Part shown: positions 1 through 9,805 of the stretch, piece by piece
How positions within the stretch are numbered: the stretch's first letter is position 1
Layout of the letters: the number at the start of each line of letters is the position of its first letter
Source: Patescibacteria group bacterium
GTDB lineage: Bacteria; Patescibacteriota; Microgenomatia; UBA8517
Assembly (NCBI GenBank): GCA_038206135.1
Contig: JBBRBD010000005.1
Coordinates: 467-64,466 of the forward strand
DNA length: 64,000 nucleotides
Direction: 5' to 3'
Notes under the pieces: generated by a model
The model's database searches: none
The model's input: the letters and a program-made list of their open reading frames with translations, nothing else
Told to the model about the DNA's origin: nothing
Made by a program: the position numbers and the translations under genes

Positions 1-405
1 GCGGAGCGCACCAAAATGGCACTTGCAGATGCACGGCCTGCAAAAGAAGTGTTTCAAGTTGTGAGGGGTAGAGACTTAGAAACTGGGCTTCCTCGCTCTG
101 TAAAAATTTCAACCTTTGAAATATATGAAGCTCTTGCTCCTTCCTTTAATGCTATTTTTGAGGCCGCTGTACACCTTTTTGAAGAAGCTCCCCCGGAGTT
201 GGTTTCAGAGATAATGCAATCCGGCCTTATGCTTTGTGGCGGTGGGGCACTTATTCGAAATCTTGATGTTGTACTTTCAGAAAACTTAAATATTAAAGTT
301 TCAATTTCCGATGACCCGTTGACCAGTGTAGTTCGTGGTTGTGGAAAGCTCCTTTTTGATAAGGCACTTTTGAAAAAAGTTGCCTATAATCAAACTACAA
401 AATGA
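1..405 (+). CDS. mreB: Rod shape-determining protein MreB, 3' part (runs off the window start)
   Basis: Open frame from base 1; VRGRDLETGLP, PPELVSEI, GLMLCGGGAL and DDPLTSVVRG are MreB C-terminal motifs; directly upstream of PBP2. Confidence 0.93.
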   Translation, partial: AERTKMALADARPAKEVFQVVRGRDLETGLPRSVKISTFEIYEALAPSFNAIFEAAVHLFEEAPPELVSEIMQSGLMLCGGGALIRNLDVVLSENLNIKVSISDDPLTSVVRGCGKLLFDKALLKKVAYNQTTK

Positions 406-2030
406 ATTCTCTCTCTGGTTCTCGTCATGCAATAAATTTATCGCTCTTATTCCGAGTGGGTCTTTTTGTTGGTGTGGTTTTCCTTCTAACTAGAATGCTT
501 GATTTACAAATTGTAAAAGGAGCCTATTATCGAAATCTTTCTGAGAACAATAGACTGCGATCTGTTGTGGTACAAGCTCCAAGAGGGAAAATATATGCCC
601 GAGGTGGTGAGGTATTAGCAGACAACACCCCAGTTAAAAAAACAGTTGTATTTGATCCCAAAGATGGATATGTCAAAAAACTTGCAGATCAAAATACGTC
701 TTCGAATGAAATTATAAATGAATGGGATCGGGCATATCCGCTCGGGACAATGGTTGCGCATGCGATCGGATACTTGGGACAAGTCGGAGTAAACGAAGTT
801 GGAAAGCCTGATCCACACTGTTTAGACAAAGGGATACGCCTTTCAACGAGCTTAACTGGGCGTAGTGGACTTGAGCAACAATACGATTGTGTACTCCGAG
901 GTATAGATGGAAAAGAACTTGTAGAAGTAGATATTCAAGGCAAAAAAATTCGAAGTCTAGGTTCTAAAGCTCCAACACCAGGACACGACATAAACACAAC
1001 AATAGATTTTGGGTTGCAGAAAAAAATCTCAGAGAGTTTTGGTGATCTGCCGGGCGCTGCAATTGCGACAGATATGCATGGACAGATTTTGGCACTTTAT
1101 TCGAACCCCTCATTTGATCCAACTGCATTTTTAATTTCAAACCCGACAAATGATGCTGCTGTTAGAGACTTATTTGTTGACCCAAAGCTTCCACTTTTTG
1201 ACCGTGCAATTAGTGGTGCATATCACCCGGGCTCAGTTTTTAAAATTGTTGTAGCAACGGGAGCGCTTGAAGATCATATTATTACTCCAGACTTTCAATA
1301 TAACGACACGGGAAGTATTAGTATAAATGGCTTTAATTATTCAACCTGGTATTTTACGCAGTATGGAAAAACTGAAGGGGAAATTACATTGGAGCGTGCA
1401 ATTGCACGGTCAACTGACACATTTTTTTATAAAGTGGGGGAAATGACGGGAATTGATCGATTGGTGTATTGGGCCAATCAGTTTGGAGTCGGTAAAAAGA
1501 CTAATATCGATTTGCCGGGTGAAGTTCCTGGGCTATTGCCATCCCCGGCTTGGAAGCAGAATGTACTTAATGAACGCTGGTTTTTGGGGAATACCTATCA
1601 CTTCTCAATTGGACAAGGAGACACTTTGATGACTCCTCTGCAAACAAATCTACTAACAGCAACCATGGCGAATGGTGGATATCTGTGCTCTCCAAGTCTA
1701 ACATTTCAAAATATACCTAAATGTAACAAACTATCTATTTCTACTTCAAACATATCTACAATTTATGAAGGAATGAAAATGGCATGTTCGACTGGTGGAA
1801 CTGGATATCCATTTTTTAATTTTGAGCCAAAAGTTGCTTGCAAAACAGGTACTGCTGAAACTGGAACTAATGAGACACATGCATGGTTTACCGTAATTGC
1901 TCCGGCTGACAATCCAGAGATAATTCTTACAGTACTTGTTGAAAAAGGAGGAGAAGGAAGTAAAGTTGCAGCTCCAATTGCCAAAGAAGCACTTGATTAC
2001 TGGTTTCATGTGAGAAAATCTGGGCAGTAA
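402..2030 (+). CDS. mrdA: Penicillin-binding protein 2 (class B transpeptidase)
   Basis: N-terminal TM, APRGKI dimerisation domain, PGSVFK (SxxK), STD and KTGT motifs; follows mreB. Confidence 0.92.
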   Translation: MNSLSGSRHAINLSLLFRVGLFVGVVFLLTRMLDLQIVKGAYYRNLSENNRLRSVVVQAPRGKIYARGGEVLADNTPVKKTVVFDPKDGYVKKLADQNTSSNEIINEWDRAYPLGTMVAHAIGYLGQVGVNEVGKPDPHCLDKGIRLSTSLTGRSGLEQQYDCVLRGIDGKELVEVDIQGKKIRSLGSKAPTPGHDINTTIDFGLQKKISESFGDLPGAAIATDMHGQILALYSNPSFDPTAFLISNPTNDAAVRDLFVDPKLPLFDRAISGAYHPGSVFKIVVATGALEDHIITPDFQYNDTGSISINGFNYSTWYFTQYGKTEGEITLERAIARSTDTFFYKVGEMTGIDRLVYWANQFGVGKKTNIDLPGEVPGLLPSPAWKQNVLNERWFLGNTYHFSIGQGDTLMTPLQTNLLTATMANGGYLCSPSLTFQNIPKCNKLSISTSNISTIYEGMKMACSTGGTGYPFFNFEPKVACKTGTAETGTNETHAWFTVIAPADNPEIILTVLVEKGGEGSKVAAPIAKEALDYWFHVRKSGQ

Positions 2031-2058
2031 AAAAGGGCGATTGTGAGTTCGCCCCTTT
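2029..2058 (-). terminator. Intrinsic terminator, possibly bidirectional
   Basis: GGGCGA-N8-TCGCCC stem with an A-tract starting in the mrdA stop codon (U-tract on - strand). Confidence 0.7.
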
Positions 2059-2069
2059 AAGTGTGTCGG

Positions 2070-2282
2070 CTATCGCCGACGTGTGTAATACTCTGGCTGT
2101 CGATCTAGTATCAACATACCTGCAACCAGCGCTAGGCCAAAAACAACAAAGCGGATACCTGCTAAAACTAAGTAAAATTCGTCCGTGGTTCGGGTCATCA
2201 GTCTAACTATCTCCGGACTTGCCGCTTGGGCAATTACGAATGCTAGGCCGATCAGAACAAATAAAAAAATTCGCTTGAGCAT
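2070..2282 (-). CDS. Orphan small 2-TM membrane protein (cassette type)
   Basis: 70 aa, two hydrophobic segments; AAGGGGA SD; TTGAAA-17-TACAAT promoter; own terminator. Confidence 0.7.
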   Translation of the reverse strand: MLKRIFLFVLIGLAFVIAQAASPEIVRLMTRTTDEFYLVLAGIRFVVFGLALVAGMLILDRQPEYYTRRR

Positions 2283-2315
2283 TTTTATTCCCCTTATTTA
2301 ACTAAAACTAGGAGT

Positions 2316-2344
2316 ATTGTACATCAACCTATAGCTTTTTTCAA
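2316..2344 (-). promoter_or_regulatory. Sigma70-type promoter of the orphan gene
   Basis: TTGAAA-N17-TACAAT on - strand. Confidence 0.6.
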
Positions 2345-2401
2345 GTGTGTTGTTTTTTTTGCCTCTACCGTAAAGTGTGCTAATATCCTAAGCTCACTAG
2401 T

Positions 2402-4441
2402 ATGAACTTAATCATTGTAGAGTCGCCGACTAAGGCCAAAACATTAAACCGCTTTTTGGGAAGTGGTTATGACGTTGTGGCCACAAAAGGTCACATTAAA
2501 GACCTCCCTAAAAGTAAACTTGGTGTAGATGTTGAAAAGAACTTTGAGCCAGTTTTTGAAAATGTTCCAAAGCAAGAAGCTAACATTAAAGCAATTGTAG
2601 CGGCAGCAAAAAAAGCTACTGAGATATTCCTCGCAACTGATCCTGACCGTGAAGGAGAGGCAATTTCTGCTCATGTGGCTGAAATATTAGCGGACTCAAA
2701 ACTCAAAATTACTAAAGACCATATTCGCAGAATTGTATTTCACGAAATTACAAAGTCAGCTGTTGACGAAGCAATTGCACACCCTCATGACGTTGATGCT
2801 CATTTAGTAGATGCCCAAATTGCACGTCGAGTACTCGATCGATTAGTTGGATATAAAGTGTCCCCACTCTTGTGGAAAAAAGTGCGTATTGGACTCAGTG
2901 CGGGGCGCGTGCAATCAGTGGCAGTCAGATTAATTGTTGAAAAAGAACGGGAAATAGAAGCATTTAAGCCCGTCGAGTATTGGGAAATTGGAGCCGAAGT
3001 GAAGTCAGAAGGAAAGCAAGACTTCGTAGTGTCACTTGCTCGTGTTTCAGGGAAAGTCTCTGAAGTGCATGAAGAAAAAACGGCTAAAGAAATAGTATCC
3101 CACTTGGAGAAGAGTGAATATAAAATCTCTGACATTAAAAAGCGCGAAGTTAATAAACGCGCATATGCTCCATTTACGACATCAACAATGACACAAGCTG
3201 GCTCTCGTCTTTTTGGCTGGTCTGCAAAACGCACCATGAGTTTGGCTCAGAAATTGTATGAGGAAGGTGTTATTACATATCACAGAACTGACTCTGTAAA
3301 CATCGCTGCACAAGCAATTGCGGCTTCTCGAGAATATATTGAAAAAACATATGGAAAAGAATATTTGCCACAAACTCCAAATTATTACAAAAAACAGAGT
3401 AAATTAGCACAAGAAGCACACGAGGCAATTCGACCGACAGATATGACTCGCGAGAATGCAACCGGTAACGCTAATTTAAGCGACCCTGCGGAACAGCGAC
3501 TCTATGACCTTATTTGGCGCAGGTTCATGGCGTCACAGATGAACCAGGCTGTTTTTGATGAAACCACAATTGAAGTAACTGCAACTAACGGCGGAGGAGA
3601 CTACTTACTGCGAACATCAGGACAGATCATGAAGTTTGATGGATGGAGAAAACTGTTTCCTCAAAAGCAAAACGAAGATGGAGTTGTGATGCTCCCGAAC
3701 GTAAATAAAGATGAGTCACTTTCTTTGAATAAAGTGTTGTCTGAACAAAAGTTCACCCTTCCACCTGCAAGATTTAACGAAGCTTCAATTATTAAAACAC
3801 TTGAAAAGCTCGGAATTGGACGACCTTCAACATACGCTCCAACAATTTCAACGATTCAGGCGAGAGCGTATGTCGAAAAGGACGAAGGAAAGTTTACGCC
3901 AACAAGTGTTGGAATTGCGGTAAACGACTTTTTGGTGAGCAACTTCCCCGATGTTTTCGAATATGGCTTTACAGCCGCGATGGAAGACAATCTAGATAAA
4001 GTTGCAGAAGGGAAGCTTGATTGGCACAAAGAAATTAAAACTTTTTGGACTCCTTTTGATAAACAACTTGTGGACGTTGAAAAGAATGCGCCAAGGATTA
4101 AAATTGCGACCCAAAGTGTGGGGCGTGCCTGTCCTGAATGTGAAGAGGCTAAAAAAGGTGGAGAAGAAACTCGAACTGGAGAACTGGTCATTCGACAAGG
4201 GAGATTTGGAAAGTTTATTAGTTGCAGTATGTTCCCAGACTGTAAATACACTGAAAAAATCGTGCATAAAATTGACATGAAATGTCCGAAATGTGTTGAA
4301 GGAGAAGTAGTTATGAAGAAAACGAAAAAAGGACGCCGATTTTATGGCTGCAGTCGATATCCTGAGTGTGACTATGCCAGTTGGAAAGATCCTTCAAAAG
4401 AAGATGCTCCAGTCGATGAGGAAAAAGAACTCAATTCTTAA
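2402..4441 (+). CDS. topA: DNA topoisomerase I
   Basis: IVESPTKAK, ATDPDREGEAI, SAGRVQS, ITYHRTDS, AQEAHEAIRPT, C-terminal C4 zinc ribbons. Confidence 0.98.
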   Translation: MNLIIVESPTKAKTLNRFLGSGYDVVATKGHIKDLPKSKLGVDVEKNFEPVFENVPKQEANIKAIVAAAKKATEIFLATDPDREGEAISAHVAEILADSKLKITKDHIRRIVFHEITKSAVDEAIAHPHDVDAHLVDAQIARRVLDRLVGYKVSPLLWKKVRIGLSAGRVQSVAVRLIVEKEREIEAFKPVEYWEIGAEVKSEGKQDFVVSLARVSGKVSEVHEEKTAKEIVSHLEKSEYKISDIKKREVNKRAYAPFTTSTMTQAGSRLFGWSAKRTMSLAQKLYEEGVITYHRTDSVNIAAQAIAASREYIEKTYGKEYLPQTPNYYKKQSKLAQEAHEAIRPTDMTRENATGNANLSDPAEQRLYDLIWRRFMASQMNQAVFDETTIEVTATNGGGDYLLRTSGQIMKFDGWRKLFPQKQNEDGVVMLPNVNKDESLSLNKVLSEQKFTLPPARFNEASIIKTLEKLGIGRPSTYAPTISTIQARAYVEKDEGKFTPTSVGIAVNDFLVSNFPDVFEYGFTAAMEDNLDKVAEGKLDWHKEIKTFWTPFDKQLVDVEKNAPRIKIATQSVGRACPECEEAKKGGEETRTGELVIRQGRFGKFISCSMFPDCKYTEKIVHKIDMKCPKCVEGEVVMKKTKKGRRFYGCSRYPECDYASWKDPSKEDAPVDEEKELNS

Positions 4442-4450
4442 CCTATAACA

Positions 4451-4479
4451 TTGATTTAATTGTGGTTTTGATGTATACT
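4451..4479 (+). promoter_or_regulatory. Sigma70-type promoter of the orphan gene
   Basis: TTGATT-N17-TATACT. Confidence 0.6.
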
Positions 4480-4517
4480 TCGAACAGATCTAAATTTGTA
4501 AAAGGTAAAGGGGACTG

Positions 4518-4817
4518 TTGAAAATGGACCTTAAAAAAACGACCCAAAAAATTGCTCGTGTTGCAAAAAGCGGGGCAAAAGATACGATTGAGGTTGCGAA
4601 AGCAACTCGTCGCAAAGTGATTGCACAGGGTTTCATGATGTTTTTTTGGATTGGTACCATCGTTGTAGGCATTGCGCTCCTAACTTGGGGCAAGGGCTTT
4701 GAAAAAAATGCCATCGGGGTGGTGCTTCTCATTCTAGGCGTGGCAATATGGTATTTCAGCCGCCCAAATACCCGAAAGACTCCTTTTTGGACGAAGAACG
4801 GTTGGGACGAACGATAA
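4518..4817 (+). CDS. Orphan small 2-TM membrane protein (cassette type); start may be ATG 4524
   Basis: Basic N-terminus and two TM segments; AGGGGA SD; own promoter and terminator. Confidence 0.7.
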   Translation: MKMDLKKTTQKIARVAKSGAKDTIEVAKATRRKVIAQGFMMFFWIGTIVVGIALLTWGKGFEKNAIGVVLLILGVAIWYFSRPNTRKTPFWTKNGWDER

Positions 4818-4836
4818 TTTTCGTTTGTTAGAAATC

Positions 4837-4874
4837 AAAGGGGCGAGTGTGTTTTACACACCCGCCCTATTTTT
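4837..4874. terminator. Bidirectional intrinsic terminator
   Basis: GGGCGaGTGTGT-ttt-ACACACcCGCCC hairpin between convergent orphan gene and folA. Confidence 0.7.
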
Positions 4875-4879
4875 GTGCT

Positions 4880-5392
4880 TTAAATTCTTACATATCGCAC
4901 AATGGTGAATGGATAGTCATCTTTTTCAGATGCTTTGTAGTCTTTTGACTCTTCAGCTTTCCATTCATTCCAATTGACCTGTGGAAAATACACATCGCCT
5001 TCAATGTGCGCGTGCACATGGGTAATGTGCATAACCTGTGCGAGCGGCAAAAAGTCGTGATACACACGAGCGCCGCCTATGACCATAAGCTTTTGTTCAG
5101 TGCTGGAATGCTTCGTTAAGAAACGGAAAATCCCCATAGCGGACTCAATATTGTCGACCCATGCAGCACCCTCAATTGTTGGATGCTTTTGGGTAGTAAT
5201 TACAATATTCCCTCTATTTGACAGAGGTTTTTGCGGTAGTGATTCCCACGTGTTTCTACCCATGACGACCCACTGCATATTTGTTAACTTGTGGAAATTT
5301 GCTAAATCGGTTTTAATTCTCCACGGAATTTTTCCGTTTCTGCCAATGACCTGTGTGTTGTCTGCAATTGCTGCTACAATTTCGATAATCAT
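4880..5392 (-). CDS. folA: Dihydrofolate reductase
   Basis: VIGRNGKIPW, VVMGRNTWESLP, PLSNR, VIGGARVY, EGDVYFP. Confidence 0.96.
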   Translation of the reverse strand: MIIEIVAAIADNTQVIGRNGKIPWRIKTDLANFHKLTNMQWVVMGRNTWESLPQKPLSNRGNIVITTQKHPTIEGAAWVDNIESAMGIFRFLTKHSSTEQKLMVIGGARVYHDFLPLAQVMHITHVHAHIEGDVYFPQVNWNEWKAEESKDYKASEKDDYPFTIVRYVRI

Positions 5393-6330
5393 ATTGCCAC
5401 TTCTCCTTTTAGTGCGGGATGCGGATTATAACCCAATAAGGTTATGTCTGATAATTCAAATTGATCGATATCTGCTTTCGGCAGAAGTGCAATAGTCGGC
5501 ATTGTTCGAATACCTCTTTTAATTTGAGTCCCGACTTGCTGCACATGATTCATATAAATATGTGCGTCAGTCATATTTATCTTGAGATAGGTGGGTGTTA
5601 GCCCTGTCACTAAACCTACTAAGTGGGTGAGCAGTGCATATGACGCAATGTTAAATGGAACACCAAGAAACAAATCCGCAGAACGCATACTCATTTCACA
5701 AGAAAGTTCTGAGTCCAAGGCATAGAACTGAAATGTGTAATGGCATGGTGGTAACCCGGAAGCGAGCATGCCCGGGATTTCGTCAACATGCCAGGAGTTC
5801 ACAATAATTCTACGTGAATGTGGATCCGTTTTAAGTAGAGCAATGGCTTGTGCGAGCTGGTCAAATGTTTGACCATTCTGTCCCTCCCATGAGCGCCATT
5901 GATGTCCGTATACTGGCCCGAGTTCTCCCCATTCTTCTGCGAATTTTTCGTCATTTTTAATTTTTTGGACGAATGCATCTAGTGGTGCTTTCCAGCCGGG
6001 AACATTCTCTTGCCGATTAGTCGAAAAAGCGGCCCAAATATTCTCGTGGAATGCCCATCGTTTAAACGGCCATTCATTCCAAATGTTAACGTTTTGCAGG
6101 ACGAGTGGCCTAATGTTTGTACTACCTGAAATAAGCCACAAAAGCTCCACTGCAACTGCATGAAAATTCACCCTCTTTGTACTGAGTAATGGGAATCCAT
6201 CTCGCAAGTCACACTTCAAACTTTCACCAAATAATGAATAGGTATTCACTCCAGTGCGGTTTGACTTCACTTGTCCGAAAGTTAGTACTCGATTGAGTAG
6301 ATCCAGATATTGTTTTTCTAAACTGTCCAT
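5389..6330 (-). CDS. thyA: Thymidylate synthase (long form with insertion)
   Basis: NRTGVNT, LGPVYGHQWR, LPPCH, RSADLFLGVPFNIASY, DAHIYMNH; AGGAG SD. Confidence 0.97.
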   Translation of the reverse strand: MDSLEKQYLDLLNRVLTFGQVKSNRTGVNTYSLFGESLKCDLRDGFPLLSTKRVNFHAVAVELLWLISGSTNIRPLVLQNVNIWNEWPFKRWAFHENIWAAFSTNRQENVPGWKAPLDAFVQKIKNDEKFAEEWGELGPVYGHQWRSWEGQNGQTFDQLAQAIALLKTDPHSRRIIVNSWHVDEIPGMLASGLPPCHYTFQFYALDSELSCEMSMRSADLFLGVPFNIASYALLTHLVGLVTGLTPTYLKINMTDAHIYMNHVQQVGTQIKRGIRTMPTIALLPKADIDQFELSDITLLGYNPHPALKGEVAI

Positions 6331-6411
6331 ACCAAATCTCCTAAACTAAAATGTGCGAATAGTCCTCAATGATATATATATCATTTAATTTGTGCTATAC
6401 AAGTATCACTA

Positions 6412-7101
6412 ATGCAAAAAGGTTTTTTGATTTCATTTGAAGGGGACGATGGATCTGGAAAGACGACCGCACTTTCACAGGTTGCAAGAATTTTAAATGT
6501 GAAACACAAACTTGATGTGGTCACTTTTCGAGAGCCAGGAGGAACAGAAATAGGAGATGACGCACGGCGTATTGTTCATGATTTTAAAAATATTCCGACA
6601 ATTACAGAAGAATCTGAATTATTGCTGTATTTGGTCTCTCGTGCGCAAAATGTAGCAGAAAACATCCGACCTGCGTTAGAAGATAACAAAATAGTACTTC
6701 TAGATCGGTTTTTGGATAGTTCAATTGCTTATCAAGGGTATGGACGCGGTATTGGGGCAAGTTTAGTGAATAATCTAAATTCGTTTGCAACTAAGGGACT
6801 TGTTCCAGATTTAACAGTTTACTTTGATGTTGAGCCAGAAGTGGCTTCAGAAAGAAGACTATCTTCGAGGATTGCTGGTGGCGAGTGGAATCGCCTTGAT
6901 GCTGAAATGCTTCAGTTCCACCGGGATGTACAGTACGCATATCAAACGCTTCACGCATTTGATACTGAAAATAGATGGGAACGCCTTGATGCGAATAAAA
7001 CTCAGGAGGAAGTTTTGTTTTCTGCTTTGCATTTAGTTGAAAGCAGACTTCAGATGAATGGATTTATAGAAGGGAACACTCCTTCAGTTGAAAGACGTTG
7101 A
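6412..7101 (+). CDS. tmk: Thymidylate kinase
   Basis: ISFEGDDGSGKTT, REPGGT, LLDRFLDSSIAYQGYGRG, PDLTVYFDV. Confidence 0.95.
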   Translation: MQKGFLISFEGDDGSGKTTALSQVARILNVKHKLDVVTFREPGGTEIGDDARRIVHDFKNIPTITEESELLLYLVSRAQNVAENIRPALEDNKIVLLDRFLDSSIAYQGYGRGIGASLVNNLNSFATKGLVPDLTVYFDVEPEVASERRLSSRIAGGEWNRLDAEMLQFHRDVQYAYQTLHAFDTENRWERLDANKTQEEVLFSALHLVESRLQMNGFIEGNTPSVERR

Positions 7102-7156
7102 AAACATAAAACGTGATATTATTCTCCAGTTTCAAGATATTAAAGGAGTGACAGAC

Positions 7157-7819
7157 ATGGCATTGCTAGTTGATTGGGAAATACTCGAGAAAAAGAGTGA
7201 AGGCAAAATAATAATTTCGCCGTTTGATAAAAAGCAGCTAAATACGGTGAGTTATGATGTGACACTCGGTGAGAATTATTTTCGCGCGCGCTATGTGAAT
7301 GAATCAAGCGTAATGCCTCGGCATTTCATGCTGTTAAATCCGCACAGTGCGGAAAGCATTAGCGAGCGGTGGAGTAGCCCAAAGATTGCAGAACAAGCAT
7401 CAAGGGTTTTGAATCCATTAGAAATGAGTAGGCACGGCGTCAATGCAACTGACAAAATCATTTTTCTTGCTCCAAATGAGCTTATTTTGGCTCACACTCG
7501 CGAGTTTATCGGGGGGGTCAGTGACGTAACAACAAGTATGCATGCACGTTCCACCGTTGGGCGGTGCGGTTTTTCTGTTTGTATGTGTGCTGGGTTTGGC
7601 GATGTAGGGTACTACAATCGGTGGACCATGGAAATTCATAATAATGCCGAGTATTGGATTGTGTTGACCGTTGGAGATCGTATTGCTCAAATTCATTTTG
7701 AATCAGTGTCTAAGCCCACTGGTTTATATAGCAAAGGTGGACACTATCAAAATACCGCGGATTTAAGACAGTTGAAAAAAAACTGGAAGCCAGAACACAT
7801 GATCCCGAGACCTATTTAA
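7157..7819 (+). CDS. dcd: dCTP deaminase (dUTPase-fold family)
   Basis: SYDVTLG, ARSTVGR, GFGDVGY, WTMEI, GDRIAQIHF, Y..GGHYQ; ATG 7157 has an AAGGAG SD. Confidence 0.85.
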   Translation: MALLVDWEILEKKSEGKIIISPFDKKQLNTVSYDVTLGENYFRARYVNESSVMPRHFMLLNPHSAESISERWSSPKIAEQASRVLNPLEMSRHGVNATDKIIFLAPNELILAHTREFIGGVSDVTTSMHARSTVGRCGFSVCMCAGFGDVGYYNRWTMEIHNNAEYWIVLTVGDRIAQIHFESVSKPTGLYSKGGHYQNTADLRQLKKNWKPEHMIPRPI

Positions 7820-7822
7820 AGC

Positions 7823-7854
7823 AAAAAAAACGCCCCTCAATTGTATGAGGGGCG
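7823..7854 (-). terminator. Intrinsic terminator on - strand
   Basis: CGCCCCTCA-N6-TGAGGGGCG 9-bp stem; A8 tract on the left only. Confidence 0.75.
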
Positions 7855-8065
7855 AAAACTTAAAAAGGTGAGCAGCCAGCTTGAAAAAATTATCATGACG
7901 GTTTTTTGGTGAAAAACTTCCCAATCTCAAACATCATTTTGACTTCGTTAGTCCAGCTCCAACTCTACAACTTTCATGGCGTTAGCCTTTCGTGTGTGTG
8001 TGAAAATTTTAGCTGCTTATAGCTGACTGCTCGTAAGGCGTATTCTACCTGTGTATACTACTTTT

Positions 8066-9295
8066 ATGCAAGACATCAAAAATTTAATTGAAAAAGAAAC
8101 CCAAAGGCAACGAGAAACTTTGATGTTAATTCCTTCAGAAAACTATACGTACCCAGAAGTAAGAGCTGCTGTGGGTTCGCCACTCATGCATAAATACTCT
8201 GAAGGATATGTAGGAAGAAGATATTATCAAGGAAATGAAATTATCGACCAAATAGAGACAGCCGCAGTTGAGGCGGCAAAAAGTTTATTTGGAACTCCAC
8301 ATGCTAATGTACAGCCGTTATCAGGTTCACCAGCAAATTCCGCAGTTTTCATGGGCCTTTTAAATGTGGGGGACACAATCATGGGCTTAAACTTAAGCTC
8401 TGGTGGTCACTTAACACATGGACACCCAAATATTACCTTCTCAGGAAAGTTTTTTAAGAGTGTTCAATTTGGGTTAGAAGAAGACGGATCTTTTAATTAC
8501 GAAAAAATAAAAGAACTTATTCAAAAAGAAAAACCAAAACTTTTAATACTTGGAACTACTGCATATCCTCGAATCTTAGATTTCGAAAAGTTCGCTAGTA
8601 TTTCTGGAAACACGATATTAGTTGCGGACATTTCACACATTGTAGGGCTTGTCGTGTCAGGGCTCCATCCAAACCCAGTTCCGTACTTTGATGTCGTCAC
8701 GACAACAACACACAAAATGCTACGAGGACCGCGGGGGGCCATGATTATGGTGACAAACCGTGGGTTAGAAAAAGATCCAGAAATGGGAAAGAAGATTGAT
8801 CGGGCAGTTTTTCCAGGGCTTCAGGGCGGACCTCATGATAATGTAACAGCAGGGATCGCAATTACACTTCAAAAAGCTGCAACTTCTGAATATGAGAAAT
8901 ATGCAGAAAATGTGCGAAACAATGCTCAAGTTTTGAGTGAAAATTTAATTAAATTTGGTTTTAATTTGATTACAAAAGGCACTGACAATCATTTGCTTTT
9001 AATTGATCTGAGCGACAAAAATATTTCAGGAAAGGACGCTGCAATTCTTCTCGAAAAAGTGGGAATTGTTGTGAACGCAAACTCAGTACCTTTTGACTCA
9101 AATGGCCCAATGAATCCTTCTGGTATTCGAATTGGAACACCAGCAGTAACTGCACGCGAAATGGGAAAAATTGAGATGAACCAAATTTCACAATTTATAC
9201 ATGATGTAATTGTAAATAAAGATGATGAAAAAATGCTTAACATAATTGGTGAAAAAGTGAAAGAATTGTGTATGAAATTTCCTGTAGATTTTTAA
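8066..9295 (+). CDS. glyA: Serine hydroxymethyltransferase
   Basis: LIPSENY, KYSEGY, ANVQPLSGSPAN, GGHLTHG, TTTTHKMLRGPRG, GTDNH, SGIRIGTPA; TATACT 6 nt before ATG. Confidence 0.97.
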   Translation: MQDIKNLIEKETQRQRETLMLIPSENYTYPEVRAAVGSPLMHKYSEGYVGRRYYQGNEIIDQIETAAVEAAKSLFGTPHANVQPLSGSPANSAVFMGLLNVGDTIMGLNLSSGGHLTHGHPNITFSGKFFKSVQFGLEEDGSFNYEKIKELIQKEKPKLLILGTTAYPRILDFEKFASISGNTILVADISHIVGLVVSGLHPNPVPYFDVVTTTTHKMLRGPRGAMIMVTNRGLEKDPEMGKKIDRAVFPGLQGGPHDNVTAGIAITLQKAATSEYEKYAENVRNNAQVLSENLIKFGFNLITKGTDNHLLLIDLSDKNISGKDAAILLEKVGIVVNANSVPFDSNGPMNPSGIRIGTPAVTAREMGKIEMNQISQFIHDVIVNKDDEKMLNIIGEKVKELCMKFPVDF

Positions 9296-9296
9296 C

Positions 9297-9323
9297 AAAA
9301 AAAAGCGCGGAATTATCCGCGCT
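9297..9323 (-). terminator. Intrinsic terminator (copy 1 of a repeated hairpin)
   Basis: A8 then AGCGCGGA-atta-TCCGCGCT. Confidence 0.75.
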
Positions 9324-9331
9324 GTTTAAAA

Positions 9332-9727
9332 TTATGCACTCGGTGCATATACATCAATTCGCTCGAGGCAATCAACTACAACTTTATACCAATTTTCTTG
9401 ACCTACTGCGAGAAGTGAGTCTTTTCCATACACAATCAACTGGTCGTTCATATGATCTGGCTGTCCTGGGTCAATTTTTAACTCATATCTTGCATCTCCA
9501 ATTTGAATTACTAACACATATTGGTACTCAATTTGAGTAAAACTCATTACAAATGGGTAGTCTCCAATTTTATAGATAATGCTTGAATTCATTAAGCTGA
9601 AACTACAATTTTGACTTTTGATTTCTTGAATCACTTTTACAATGTCAGGCCAGCATCGTCCGATTTTTAATACAATTTGTCGAATTTTTGCTCCATGCTC
9701 GTACTTCATCTTCGTAACAGCATCCAT
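9332..9727 (-). CDS. Orphan protein, tandem paralog 1 (cassette type)
   Basis: 131 aa; AAAGGAG SD; TG-TAGAAT promoter; N-terminus TKMKYEHGAKI resembles its neighbour. Confidence 0.75.
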   Translation of the reverse strand: MDAVTKMKYEHGAKIRQIVLKIGRCWPDIVKVIQEIKSQNCSFSLMNSSIIYKIGDYPFVMSFTQIEYQYVLVIQIGDARYELKIDPGQPDHMNDQLIVYGKDSLLAVGQENWYKVVVDCLERIDVYAPSA

Positions 9728-9775
9728 ACTGTCTCCTTTTTACTGAATGTACCTGCTTGCGAAATATTCTAACAC

Positions 9776-9802
9776 AAAAAAAGCGCGGGCTATGCCGCGC
9801 TT
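9776..9802 (-). terminator. Intrinsic terminator (copy 2 of a repeated hairpin)
   Basis: A-tract then AAGCGCGG-gctatg-CCGCGCTT. Confidence 0.75.
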
Positions 9803-9805
9803 CAG

